Below are positions 1 to 8,018 of a DNA stretch of 13,418 nt, piece by piece; within the stretch, counting starts at the first letter, position 1, and the number at the start of each line of letters is the position of its first letter. The notes beneath the pieces were generated by a model. It was given only the letters and a program-made list of their open reading frames with translations. It searched no databases and was not told the DNA's origin. This stretch comes from a virus (taxonomy: Duplodnaviria > Heunggongvirae > Uroviricota > Caudoviricetes). Both the position numbers and the translations under genes were made by a program. The stretch is from IMG/VR virus record IMGVR_UViG_2778261416_000004, positions 1 to 13,418 of that record. One strand, written 5' to 3'.

Positions 1-558
1 ATGAATACAGCTATAACTTTTTCTAACGAGTCACCAAAAGTCTTTTTCAAAGATGGTCGCCTGGTTACCACCTCTCAAGCTGTTGCCGACTACTTCGATA
101 AACAACATAAACACGTTTTAGCTAAGATTGACACACTCGACTGCTCTCCCGAATTTACATCAGCCAACTTTTCGGCCGATGTTCAGACTGTCGAAATTGG
201 CAACGGCGCAGAACGTGAATCACGATGCTACCTGATCACAAAAGACGGCTTCATGTTCCTCGTAATGGGATTTACTGGCAAAAAAGCAGCCAGACTAAAA
301 GAAGCTTACATTGAAAAATTTAACGCAATGGAAGAAGAACTCCACAAACGTCCTCCTGCAGCACAAAACTCCCCCGCCCCAAATAATGGATGCGCATTAC
401 TGATCCACTTCGATAAACACGGTCAGGTCGAGTTCACAGAAAAAGTCCCCGCCGATGCGATGGTATGCACGCTGGAACGGTTTAAATTTTATCTGGAGCA
501 ACATGGGTGGATCGTTGCCCGTAAAGAACAATTGGTGGAAAGGTTGATGCGGTTTTAA
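1..558 (+). CDS. rha: Rha-family phage regulatory protein (Phage_pRha-like)
   Basis: 185-aa ORF starting at window position 1. N-terminal 'LVTTSQAVADYFDKQHKHVL' and the 'DGFMFLVMGFTGKKAARLKEAYIEKFNAME' block match the Rha signature as I recall it. Stop TAA at 556-558, followed by a hairpin terminator. Confidence 0.7.
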   Translation: MNTAITFSNESPKVFFKDGRLVTTSQAVADYFDKQHKHVLAKIDTLDCSPEFTSANFSADVQTVEIGNGAERESRCYLITKDGFMFLVMGFTGKKAARLKEAYIEKFNAMEEELHKRPPAAQNSPAPNNGCALLIHFDKHGQVEFTEKVPADAMVCTLERFKFYLEQHGWIVARKEQLVERLMRF

Positions 559-567
559 TGAATGCAA

Positions 568-598
568 AACCCCGGATGATCACCGGGGTTAATTTTAT
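568..598 (+). terminator. Rho-independent terminator-like hairpin after rha
   Basis: Perfect 8-bp stem aaccccgg/ccggggtt with 7-nt loop (568-590), followed by aattttat. Confidence 0.55.
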
Positions 599-919
599 CG
601 AGCGTGATTGCCGCTAATCGCCATCGCTCTGATTGAGCGTAAATCATTCAGGTTATTCAGTTCTTCCTTCTGCTCTCGCTGACGTCAATAAATCCCATCA
701 TTGCGATCAACCTCATCCTTAACCATTGATGCGAGCAGTTCTTCCAGTTTCTGCGCTGACAGCTTTACCTGGTGATCTTCAGCATCTTCCCGGGCTATTG
801 TGGTTCGCGCAGTGGCTGATTTTGCTGACATCACCACAGGGGGCAGACGGACCATTGAACCATGGCCTCCGGAACAAATAAGGGCAAAAATAACAACCAC
901 TATCGAAAGCTCACAAACT

Positions 920-1137
920 AACCGCAGCACGTTCCTGCATACGACGTGTCTGCGGCATAATCCCAATGATTACTCCCTGACAGGATTTGCAGGCCACTCA
1001 ATATCAGGTGCAGTTGATGTATCAACACGATTCAACAATACCCGATATTTATTCCATGCCTCCAGCAACGATCTTTCTTCCTCCGTTGCGATTTCCAGAT
1101 CTACAGCATCCTGCAGTGGCGCAATATACTCACTGAA
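920..1137. repeat. Direct repeat copy 1 (~215 bp, tfa 3'-end derived), left flank of methyltransferase island
   Basis: About 88% identical by eye to 1970-2187 in the same orientation. Covers the 3' end of the short tfa-like ORF and a downstream hairpin (922-955). Confidence 0.8.
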
Positions 1138-1239
1138 TTCCTGGATGTAGAACTGTGTGGTGACGGTCTTCCAGCCATTCGGCTCCTGCTGTATCGAAGC
1201 ATACCAGGCTATTTCAATATCGCTATGCTGCGGCAGCAT
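970..1239 (-). CDS. Short tail fibre assembly (Tfa)-like protein; C-terminal Tfa domain with unrelated 38-aa N-terminus
   Basis: 89-aa ORF. C-terminal ~50 aa ('[45 protein letters not shown]') near-identical to the C-terminus of the full tfa at 2019-2603. ATG at 1239 is preceded by an AAGGGG SD-like motif. Confidence 0.55.
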   Translation of the reverse strand: MLPQHSDIEIAWYASIQQEPNGWKTVTTQFYIQEFSEYIAPLQDAVDLEIATEEERSLLEAWNKYRVLLNRVDTSTAPDIEWPANPVRE

Positions 1240-1295
1240 TTAACCCCTTGTAATTCATCGCCATAATTGATTTAATTCACAAATAAAACTATAAC

Positions 1296-1964
1296 ATGGT
1301 GAAATCAATGAAAAAAAACACAGATGATGGGGCTAAAATTTACACACCACTTACCCTAAAGCTTTATGACTGGTGGGTTTTGGGAGTATCAAATCGGCTT
1401 GCATGGGGATGTCCTACAAAGGAACACCTTCTTCCACACTTTCTGGAACATGTAGGTAACAACCATCTGGATATTGGTGTTGGAACTGGGTTTTACCTTA
1501 CTCACGTACCTGAGAGTAGTCTGATATCTTTAATGGATTTGAACGAAGCTAGCCTGAACGCGGCATCTACAAGGGCTGGGGAATCAAAAATTAAACATAA
1601 AATTAGCCATGATGTTTTTGAACCTTATCCCGCGGCGTTACATGGTCAATTTGATTCCATTTCCATGTTTTACCTTCTTCACTGCCTGCCTGGAAATATA
1701 TCTACAAAAAGCTGTGTAATACGCAATGCGGCGCAGGCCTTAACTGACGATGGAACTCTATACGGAGCCACAATTCTTGGCGATGGAGTTGTGCACAATA
1801 GCTTCGGTCAAAAACTGATGCGCATTTACAATCAGAAAGGCATCTTTTCAAACACAAAAGATTCCGAAGAAGGCTTAACACATATACTCTCAGAGCATTT
1901 CGAGAATGTTAAAACCAAGGTTCAAGGTACTGTAGTAATGTTTTCCGCTTCAGGGAAAAAATAG
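1296..1964 (+). CDS. Class I SAM-dependent methyltransferase (moron; substrate unknown)
   Basis: 222-aa ORF with motif I 'HLDIGVGTGFY', an acidic post-I residue ('LMDLNE') and motif II-like 'FDSISMFYLLHCLP'. AT-rich relative to neighbours. ATG at 1308, with a GGTGA SD-like motif 6 nt upstream, may be the true start. Stop TAG at 1962-1964. Confidence 0.75.
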   Translation: MVKSMKKNTDDGAKIYTPLTLKLYDWWVLGVSNRLAWGCPTKEHLLPHFLEHVGNNHLDIGVGTGFYLTHVPESSLISLMDLNEASLNAASTRAGESKIKHKISHDVFEPYPAALHGQFDSISMFYLLHCLPGNISTKSCVIRNAAQALTDDGTLYGATILGDGVVHNSFGQKLMRIYNQKGIFSNTKDSEEGLTHILSEHFENVKTKVQGTVVMFSASGKK

Positions 1965-1969
1965 CATCC

Positions 1970-2187
1970 AACCGCAGCACGTTCTTGCTTAAGACGTGCT
2001 GCGGCATAATCCCAATGATTACTCCCTGACAGGGTTCGTAGGCCACTCAATATCAGGTGCAGTTGATGTATCAACACGGTTCAGCAACACCCGATACTTT
2101 TTCCAGGCTTCCAGCAATGAGGTTTCTTCCTCCGTTGCAATTTCCAGATCTGCAGCATCCTGAAGCGGCGCAATATGCTCACTGGCT
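1970..2187. repeat. Direct repeat copy 2 (~215 bp), right flank of methyltransferase island; covers 3' end of tfa
   Basis: Aligns with 920-1137 by eye. Contains a perfect 11-bp-stem hairpin (1972-2004). Confidence 0.8.
1972..2004. terminator. Hairpin between convergent methyltransferase and tfa genes (candidate bidirectional terminator)
   Basis: ccgcagcacgt / acgtgctgcgg, 11-bp perfect stem with 11-nt loop, in the 54-bp gap between convergent stops. No clean U-tract, so terminator function is uncertain. Confidence 0.4.
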
Positions 2188-2603
2188 ACCTGCATCAGGT
2201 TGTTTTTTGTTTCTTCCGCCTCCCGGATCCGGAACAGTTTTTCTGCTTCCGTATCCTTCACCCAGGCTGTGCCGTTCCACTTCTGAAACTCCCCTTCCGG
2301 CGATAACCAGGTAACATTTTCCGGTAACGGACCGAGTTCAGAAATAAATAACTCGTCCCCTGACGCTACGTCATAAACCGTTTTACCCCGATGGTCTTCA
2401 ACGAGATGCCACGATGCCTCATCACTGTTGAAAACAGCCACAAAGCCAGCAGGAATATCTGGTGGTGCAATATCGGTACTGTTTGCTGGCAGACCTGTAT
2501 GAGGCGGAATATATGCGTCACCTTCACCAATAAATTCATTAGTTCCGGCCAGCAGATTATAAATTTTTATGGTCCGTGGTTGTTCACTCATTCTGAATGC
2601 CAT
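2019..2603 (-). CDS. tfa: Tail fibre assembly protein Tfa (lambda Tfa-like)
   Basis: 194-aa ORF; '[39 protein letters not shown]...' matches lambda Tfa as I recall it. Start ATG overlaps the stf stop (TAATG at 2601-2605), a typical stf-tfa coupling. Confidence 0.9.
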   Translation of the reverse strand: MAFRMSEQPRTIKIYNLLAGTNEFIGEGDAYIPPHTGLPANSTDIAPPDIPAGFVAVFNSDEASWHLVEDHRGKTVYDVASGDELFISELGPLPENVTWLSPEGEFQKWNGTAWVKDTEAEKLFRIREAEETKNNLMQVASEHIAPLQDAADLEIATEEETSLLEAWKKYRVLLNRVDTSTAPDIEWPTNPVRE

Positions 2604-3976
2604 TATGCAAGCCTCACAATATAGTTAAATGCGATGTTTTTGACGGTGTTTTCCGCGTTACCCGCAGCGTTAACGGTGATGGTGTGTCCATGTGAACCAA
2701 TCGCAACGGAGTGCGTATGCGCACCAATACCTACAGTATGTGCATGTGCGCCAGAACTTGCTGCAGTACCAGACAGCGAGTGGGTATGAGCACCTGCTGA
2801 CTGTGTCTGAATACGTTGATAATACGATCTATAGGAAGAAGTCTCCGGGCTTACTTGATACTGTGAATTCTGGACATAAGTGAACCCACCGCCATCATAA
2901 AATGCTAACGCAGAACCGCCGCCTCCTGGCCAACGAATACCATTACCATGAGTATGAACACCGGCAGACCCCGTAGAGCCACTCAGACTGTGCGTATGCG
3001 CCCCGGTGTTATTCGTGGATTTAGTGCCGTAATCAAACGACGATGTGGTTTTCGTCCCCAAATCCGTACTGGATGCGCTGGCGCTGTGGGTGTGCGATTT
3101 AATGCCGTCCTGTTCCTGAGACAATACGGCCCGGCCACTGGCGGGTTTGCCCTTGATTGTCCAGCCGCGCATATCTGGAATAACACCTGAAGGATAGGCA
3201 ATAGCCAGTTTCGGATATGCTGCCTTATCAAACGTCTGCCCCTGCATGATTGCATAACCTGCAGGTGGTGTATCTGATGGCCACGGCAGCGGAACACCTG
3301 GCGGAAACGCTTCAATATTTGCCGAGCCGTCAAATTTTACGCCGTTAATTGTCCTTGCAGTTTGCAATTTGGTTGCTGTGCTTGCATTACCCGATAAAGA
3401 TCCAGTGATACCACCACTCGCGTTTAATTTAGTTGCAATTGTAACATTGCCAGTATGGTTACTAATTATAAACGGCCTTAAGCTATTGTGCGTACCAAGA
3501 CTGTTACCCGAATCTGTCAACATAAAATATGTGTTTGATCCATCATTTCGGATAAAGAATCCATAGTTGCCATAGGCAATACGCAGACCATTTGCTGACC
3601 TTGAAATAACCTCACCAGCAGCAGTTAAACCACCTGAAAGAGTCCCTCCAGTTAATGCCAATGCCCCAATATTTGAAGGGGTCAATGTGATATTTGCACT
3701 ACCATCAAATGACACACCGTTAATCGTTCTGGCTGCCTGAAGTTTCGTGGCGGTCGCAGCATTACCTGTAGTGTTTTGATTACCGGTAGCGTTGACTCCA
3801 GGCAAGTTGATATCTGCCGATCCATCAAATGCCACGCCCCCAATCTTACGTGCTGTCTTGATCTTGGTCGCAGTATCTGCGTTTCCGGTCAAATTACCAG
3901 TAACACTACCACCAACTTTTAGTCCATTACCGATGGACACCAACTCATGCAGGCGTCTCAGACGACCCACTGACAC
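2603..3976 (-). CDS. stf: Side tail fibre protein Stf, C-terminal portion (5'-truncated; GTG start, no SD)
   Basis: 457-aa ORF with repeated 'GNA(S/D)TATKLQ(T/A)ARTINGV(K/S)FDGSANI' fibre repeats and a His-rich 'GAHTHS' C-terminal region ending '[11 protein letters not shown]', like lambda Stf. The frame stays open upstream to 4066 with no ATG; first start-like codon is GTG at 3976. Confidence 0.8.
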   Translation of the reverse strand: MSVGRLRRLHELVSIGNGLKVGGSVTGNLTGNADTATKIKTARKIGGVAFDGSADINLPGVNATGNQNTTGNAATATKLQAARTINGVSFDGSANITLTPSNIGALALTGGTLSGGLTAAGEVISRSANGLRIAYGNYGFFIRNDGSNTYFMLTDSGNSLGTHNSLRPFIISNHTGNVTIATKLNASGGITGSLSGNASTATKLQTARTINGVKFDGSANIEAFPPGVPLPWPSDTPPAGYAIMQGQTFDKAAYPKLAIAYPSGVIPDMRGWTIKGKPASGRAVLSQEQDGIKSHTHSASASSTDLGTKTTSSFDYGTKSTNNTGAHTHSLSGSTGSAGVHTHGNGIRWPGGGGSALAFYDGGGFTYVQNSQYQVSPETSSYRSYYQRIQTQSAGAHTHSLSGTAASSGAHAHTVGIGAHTHSVAIGSHGHTITVNAAGNAENTVKNIAFNYIVRLA

Positions 3977-4020
3977 TACCGGTGAGTTTAACGATACCTT
4001 CCATTTGACTGGCTCACTTT

Positions 4021-5874
4021 TTATGATGATGCCGGTGCATTTATCTCCAGCACCAGACTTTCTATCTCAACGCCATACGTTGCATTTTTGGTAATATCCG
4101 TCAGCGTCAGTGCATTTAGTCCCACTGTCAGACTGTCTTTTATGACCTGGAATGCCGGGCCAGCCACTCCATTCAGTTTCGGAGTAACCGTGGCACTGCC
4201 GGCGGTGAACACCAGCTCCAGCGTCTGCCAGTCGTTACTGTAATTCCCGAACTCGCCCAACTTTGTGTTTCCGGCTTTCTTGTGATGCATCAGATTCAGT
4301 TTGCCGTCTGTGGTCTGGGTGAAGAACGACATCAGGAACGGGTTACCAGTCCCGGTCATCGCCACGACGTCAGGTAACGCTACATCGGTATACAGATAAA
4401 TTCCCAGACCGAACTGGTTGTTGGTCAGTGCGCCTGACAGTCGAAACTTACAGCTCAGTCTGCCACCCCGTGTCAGCAGGGAGACTGCGTCATCCACCGG
4501 GCGCGTCAGGGACCAGGCTTTATTGCTCTGCTTGGTGATCTTAAATACACCATCTGACAACTGAATTCCGCCATTCTTAATGCTCCAGCCCTGCGCAGCA
4601 GCATCTCCGGCTGTCGGCAACAGGGAGATTGTGCGTACGGATGCATCTTCAGACGGCCCCGATGGCGTGTCGCCGCCGGGCGAGGGTTTGATTTCCGGTG
4701 CCTTACCACTAATGAAGGCTAAGGTGCGACCGGCTACGTTCAGAATAGCAGTTGCCATACGATCGGGAATAATGCCACGACGCGCCCATGAGCTGAAATG
4801 CGTCGGGCGATTTGATGATACCCAGTTTTTGTTCGTTCGGGATGCCGAACCGTAATAACCAGACCCGGCAATATCAGGATCTTCTGACGGGTTGTTTGTC
4901 GGTGTATTAACTCCGCTACCATCGGTCATAAAGGGAACAAAATAAATCTGCTGGGATTCTTTACCTTTATATGCACCATATACCACTTCATATTGCGTAC
5001 CGTGTTCTTGTTTCCACGCGTATGTCGTGTCGCCACAAATCCAGGGGACTGATGCCGGACTTCCACCGTGACACTGCGCTGCCAGCCCGGCAAGGTCAGC
5101 ACGGAACTGCTGTACCATTGCAAGAAATGCTGCTGGCTGCTGGGCGTAACTGGCATTCGTCATATCGAATTCCCCCTGCATCCAGCATATCGCCAGCAAA
5201 ACGTTTTTCGGGTTTTTCTGCAATGCTGCCTTCGTGCGGAAAAGCAGATCCTGATATAACGGCTTACCCACTCCCCAGCGAGCCGAATCCTGACTGGCTC
5301 CCGTGGACTCGCTGAATGTCCCCTCCGTGCCCTGGGTGAATGCCGAACCACCACGACAGCATGGTACCAGCAGGATCCCCGCATTATTAGGGATATACGG
5401 AAGCAGTTTTTTGGCAATATGTAAGCCCTGTCCGACACAGCCGTACTGCCCTTTGCTCAGGTCAGCCCGGGGATGGTTAATCGTACTCATATCCTGAACA
5501 TCATGCAGACAATGGTCAGCAGGAATGATGTCGTTAAATACGCATACTTCACCACCGGGAGTCACTGTGTTACGACGGGCCAGTTGCTTAATGCGCGGAT
5601 GGGGCGCATCGTATGAATCCGGAAGCGGAAGCCCTTCACCGTAAGCCATGGCATTGGATTGCCCGGCCAGTACGATGACGTAGTACCACTCCGGCTCAGT
5701 TGCACCACTGACGACCACATCACCTTCTGCTGCAATCGCCTGCATCAGGGTATAAGGGGTTATGGCCACCGGACTACCAAACGGCTGCCAGCCCTCCTTC
5801 AGTTTTTGTGTCAGTCGTTTCGCAAGGTCTGACGGCGATGCCGCCCTGACCACGTCATAGTGTTTAAATGCCAT
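4021..5874 (-). CDS. Prophage sialate O-acetylesterase (NanS-p-like; DUF1737 + SGNH/SASA esterase + C-terminal domain)
   Basis: 617-aa ORF. '[16 protein letters not shown]' is the SGNH block I motif (GQSN). N-terminus '[21 protein letters not shown]' is the DUF1737-type start seen in EHEC prophage NanS-p esterases. GGAGG SD 4 nt before the ATG. Confidence 0.8.
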   Translation of the reverse strand: MAFKHYDVVRAASPSDLAKRLTQKLKEGWQPFGSPVAITPYTLMQAIAAEGDVVVSGATEPEWYYVIVLAGQSNAMAYGEGLPLPDSYDAPHPRIKQLARRNTVTPGGEVCVFNDIIPADHCLHDVQDMSTINHPRADLSKGQYGCVGQGLHIAKKLLPYIPNNAGILLVPCCRGGSAFTQGTEGTFSESTGASQDSARWGVGKPLYQDLLFRTKAALQKNPKNVLLAICWMQGEFDMTNASYAQQPAAFLAMVQQFRADLAGLAAQCHGGSPASVPWICGDTTYAWKQEHGTQYEVVYGAYKGKESQQIYFVPFMTDGSGVNTPTNNPSEDPDIAGSGYYGSASRTNKNWVSSNRPTHFSSWARRGIIPDRMATAILNVAGRTLAFISGKAPEIKPSPGGDTPSGPSEDASVRTISLLPTAGDAAAQGWSIKNGGIQLSDGVFKITKQSNKAWSLTRPVDDAVSLLTRGGRLSCKFRLSGALTNNQFGLGIYLYTDVALPDVVAMTGTGNPFLMSFFTQTTDGKLNLMHHKKAGNTKLGEFGNYSNDWQTLELVFTAGSATVTPKLNGVAGPAFQVIKDSLTVGLNALTLTDITKNATYGVEIESLVLEINAPASS

Positions 5875-6067
5875 GAATCCTCCCGGGCGGGATAATGTTG
5901 TGAGTCAGATAAGGAGCAGGCTGAAGTCCGGAAGTTACAGGACAATGGCAGAAGGGAGACTACAGCCCGCAATTCGAAAAAGACCGCGCAGTTGCGCAGA
6001 GTGATTACTATGGGGTATTATTCGCCAGCTGAAATATTACTTCACGTTTTATTGTTTATTCCTTGCC

Positions 6068-6096
6068 GCCCGCGTCTCCCAGCGCGGGCTTTTTTT
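6068..6096 (+). terminator. Strong Rho-independent terminator on the plus strand (orphan)
   Basis: 7-bp GC stem gcccgcg/cgcgggc with 8-nt loop, followed by a T7 run (6090-6096). No plus-strand gene lies upstream. Confidence 0.6.
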
Positions 6097-6104
6097 GTCC
6101 ATAA

Positions 6105-6340
6105 GAAAGCCCCTCCGGAGAGGGGCTAAAGCCGCGTATCTGTATCATCATGCACATGGTGCCGGGTGCCTCCCGGTGAGTTCAGCCCGGTGCCACTAAA
6201 CCCGCGTCATTCTCGTTTTGATAATCAGAGATTATACCGTCACCAGTCGCCCCTCCGCTCAGGGGGATTCACCATGCGAAATTTTTTTAACAAATGCCCA
6301 GTCTGACAGGCAACTGTCAACTTACTGAATTGTGAGCAAC
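6105..6340. repeat. Non-coding direct repeat module A (~235 bp)
   Basis: Shares with module B a perfect 20-nt palindrome agcccctccggagaggggct (6108-6127), 'gcatggtgccgggtgcctcccggtga', 'gcccctccgc.cagggggattcaccatgc' and 'ctgaattgtgag' blocks. Also carries TTGACA and TATAAT hexamers on the minus strand and a CTGACAG-N4-CTGTCAA inverted repeat. Confidence 0.7.
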
Positions 6341-6591
6341 ATAGCATTTAACGGGGAACCTGTTTTCTGCAGTAAAAAGGCCCACCGGAGCGGATGGGCC
6401 TGGAAGGATAGCGGTCATGTGATGCCGGTTTCCCGGTAACTCAGCACCGGTATCTGAGTCAACGTTTTCTCTACTGGGTCATTTCCGATACGCCCTGCCT
6501 GCTGACAGGCTTTCATCACATCTGAAAATATAGCACCCTGACTGATACTGTAGTACCTAAGGTTCCAGAAACTGTGATGTATCCGGCACAG

Positions 6592-6808
6592 AAAAGCCCC
6601 TCCGGAGAGGGGCTGGAGAGTGGCGCTATGTGCCATTGCATGGTGCCGGGTGCCTCCCGGTGAATTCAGTACCAGCACCTGAATCCGCGATTATCCCATA
6701 TACCTACTCGCTGATTGCCCCTCCGCACAGGGGGATTCACCATGCCAGTTTCTTTTAACAAACTCCCCGCAAACCAGACAACAGTCAACCGCCTGAATTG
6801 TGAGACAT
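6592..6808. repeat. Non-coding direct repeat module B (~217 bp)
   Basis: Second copy of module A (roughly 75-80% identity by eye). The palindromic hairpin at 6595-6614 is followed on the minus strand by TTTTCTG. Confidence 0.7.
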
Positions 6809-6810
6809 TT

Positions 6811-6834
6811 AAAAAAAAGCCCGCAAAAGCGAGC
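6811..6834 (-). terminator. Rho-independent terminator of the tRNA operon (minus strand)
   Basis: On the minus strand: GCUCGC-UUUU-GCGGGC hairpin (one G.U pair) followed by U8, immediately 3' of the last tRNA. Confidence 0.6.
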
Positions 6835-6849
6835 CAGGGAAAATAAGTG

Positions 6850-6926
6850 TGGCGCGTTGTACTGGATTCGAACCAGTGACCGATTGCTTAGAAGGCAATT
6901 GCTCTGTCCGGCTGAGCTAACAACGC
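6850..6926 (-). tRNA. argO: tRNA-Arg (anticodon UCU)
   Basis: Manual fold of the reverse complement: acceptor GCGTTGT/ACAACGC, D-arm GCTC...GAGC, anticodon loop CTTCTAA, T-arm ACTGG-TTCGAAT-CCAGT, discriminator G, CCA; 77 nt. Confidence 0.85.
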
Positions 6927-6939
6927 AGGATACAGATAA

Positions 6940-7016
6940 TGGACCGCCTTCGGGGACCCGAACTCCGCGCAACCAGCTTCGAAGGCTGGCGCTCTTTCCT
7001 GATGAGCTAATGGCGG
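6940..7016 (-). tRNA. argN: tRNA-Arg-like (anticodon UCG), possibly degenerate
   Basis: Cloverleaf with anticodon loop CTTCGAA and 3' CCA, but an A.A mismatch in the acceptor stem, an A.C mismatch in the T-stem and an atypical T-loop TTCGGGT. Confidence 0.55.
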
Positions 7017-7023
7017 TATGTGA

Positions 7024-7099
7024 TGGTGGCCCTTGCTGGATTTGAACCAGCGACCTGGCGATTATGAGTCGCTCGCTCTCACCACTGAGCTAAAGGGCC
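7024..7099 (-). tRNA. ileZ: tRNA-Ile2/Met (anticodon CAU; ileX-like, likely lysidine-modified Ile)
   Basis: Reverse complement GGCCCTTTAGCTCAGTGGTGAGAGC...CTCATAA...GCTGGTTCAAATCCAGCAAGGGCCACCA gives a canonical 76-nt cloverleaf, closely resembling E. coli ileX as I recall it. Confidence 0.85.
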
Positions 7100-7108
7100 G
7101 GGAGCAGA

Positions 7109-7137
7109 ATAATAATGGTGCGTAATTAATTCTGCAA
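7109..7137 (-). promoter_or_regulatory. Candidate sigma70 promoter of the tRNA operon
   Basis: Minus strand: TTGCAG (-35, 7137-7132), 17-bp spacer, TATTAT (-10, 7114-7109), about 9 nt before the tRNA-Ile 5' end. Confidence 0.45.
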
Positions 7138-7148
7138 TCTCATCCGTT

Positions 7149-7577
7149 TCAAACGATTAAATCCTGAACTTCCCTGACTGTCTGCTCAAAACGTCCGGTC
7201 TCCAGTTCAACGCCAATCGCACGACGCCCGAGCGCCAGTGCCGCTTTTACCGTTGAACCTGAGCCCATAAAAAAATCTGCAACCAGGTCACCCGGACGAC
7301 TGCTTGCGCTGATTATCTGCTGCAGCATTTCTGCCGGTTTTTCGCACGGATGTTTCCCGGGATAGAACTGCACCGGTTTATGTGTCCACACATCCGTGTA
7401 CGGCACCTGCGCCGTCACACCAAAATACCGCCGCAGATGCTTATATTCACTCTGCAGCTCCACATACTGCCGGTTCAGTGACGTATACGTATCCACCAGC
7501 TGGTGGTGGGGCTTTTCCAGTTCACCGCGCTGATGTTTCTCTTCTGCTACCAGAACAGGTCGAAGTAATACCCGCAC
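7149..7577 (-). CDS. DNA (N6-adenine/N4-cytosine) methyltransferase, C-terminal portion (truncated or frameshifted)
   Basis: 142-aa ORF with 'GKHPCEKPAEMLQQIISASSRPGDLVADFFMGSGSTVKAALALGRRAIGVE', i.e. the HPxxKP and FxGSGST (SAM-binding) motifs of beta-class MTases such as YhdJ. No DPPY motif in this ORF; GTG start abuts the stop of the upstream ORF in another frame. Confidence 0.7.
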   Translation of the reverse strand: MRVLLRPVLVAEEKHQRGELEKPHHQLVDTYTSLNRQYVELQSEYKHLRRYFGVTAQVPYTDVWTHKPVQFYPGKHPCEKPAEMLQQIISASSRPGDLVADFFMGSGSTVKAALALGRRAIGVELETGRFEQTVREVQDLIV

Positions 7578-7578
7578 G

Positions 7579-7851
7579 TTACCTCCAGATGCGTTGCTGG
7601 AATGTGCGGGACGGACGCGGTGGGCGTTCAGAGTAAGGAAGCCTGACGGAGATTATCCAGTGACGATAATCGAGGCTGAGGGCTTTCTTAATCTCGTATC
7701 CGCGTCTGCGGTAGTTATGAATTAGCCATTCGGCCTGTTCTTCAGTACATGGTGGGTGTTGGTACCAGTCGGTTTTAAATGCGTGTGAACGCCGCCCATG
7801 CCGGATGGCAAGGTCGGTATCAGAATTGTGAAATTTGGTTTTGTGCGCCAT
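7579..7851 (-). CDS. Hypothetical protein; possibly the displaced N-terminal part of the DNA methyltransferase
   Basis: 90-aa ORF ending 1 nt before the MTase fragment start. Contains 'DWYQHPPC' where a DPPY-type motif would be expected, but this is not a convincing match. Confidence 0.4.
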   Translation of the reverse strand: MAHKTKFHNSDTDLAIRHGRRSHAFKTDWYQHPPCTEEQAEWLIHNYRRRGYEIKKALSLDYRHWIISVRLPYSERPPRPSRTFQQRIWR

Positions 7852-7922
7852 CTGTTTTCTCTGCTGGCGCAGCAGGTGTCAGGTGTTCAGGCTGACGTGC
7901 GAATTGTAAACCAGAATGCCAG

Positions 7923-7950
7923 AAAAAAACAAAACCCGCCGAACCGGGTT
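7923..7950 (-). terminator. Rho-independent terminator downstream of hok (minus strand)
   Basis: Minus strand: AACCCG-GUUCGG-CGGGUU hairpin followed by UUGUUUUUUU, about 70 nt 3' of the hok stop. Confidence 0.55.
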
Positions 7951-8018
7951 AAGTGCGGGTGCGTTGAGGATGCCTGACACATCAGAGGTGGCGAGGGATT
8001 TCTCCCCCGCCAGGTCTC

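Noticed and set aside
685-966. 93-aa minus-strand ORF, with internal 61-aa and 48-aa options, between rha and the tfa-like gene
   Set aside because: Its start overlaps the hairpin region, the SD spacing is poor (3 nt or 11 nt) and I recognise no motif. Could still be a small phage protein, but the evidence is insufficient.
800-1150. 116-aa plus-strand ORF
   Set aside because: Antisense to the tfa-like ORF and the repeat hairpin, low-complexity product, no SD. Likely a spurious frame.
2983-3333. 116-aa minus-strand ORF and the 80-aa plus-strand ORF inside stf
   Set aside because: Alternative frames within the stf coding region; Arg/Pro-rich products typical of out-of-frame reads of a real gene.
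2603-3976. Possible CRISPR or tandem-repeat array suggested by recurring sequence blocks
   Set aside because: The repeats are in-frame coding repeats of a tail fibre shaft ([10 protein letters not shown]... units) with variable spacing. No direct-repeat/spacer architecture and no cas genes.
4506-5497. Multiple 60-114-aa ORFs on both strands within the esterase gene
   Set aside because: All overlap the long esterase ORF, which has clear domain motifs. Compositions look like frame artefacts.
6300-6320. LexA (SOS) box at the CTGACAG-N4-CTGTCAA inverted repeat
   Set aside because: Half-site order and spacing (ACAG-N4-CTGT) do not fit the CTGT-N8-ACAG consensus. Kept only as a generic operator-like palindrome.
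5875-6840. Shiga toxin genes or other protein-coding cargo in the tRNA-to-esterase interval
   Set aside because: No ORF of suitable size or composition on either strand. Only short frames that are not conserved between the two repeat modules.
6415-6972. 87-aa and 93-aa minus-strand ORFs and the 81-aa plus-strand ORF overlapping the tRNA and repeat region
   Set aside because: They overlap tRNA genes and terminator hairpins, lack SDs and are not conserved between repeat copies.
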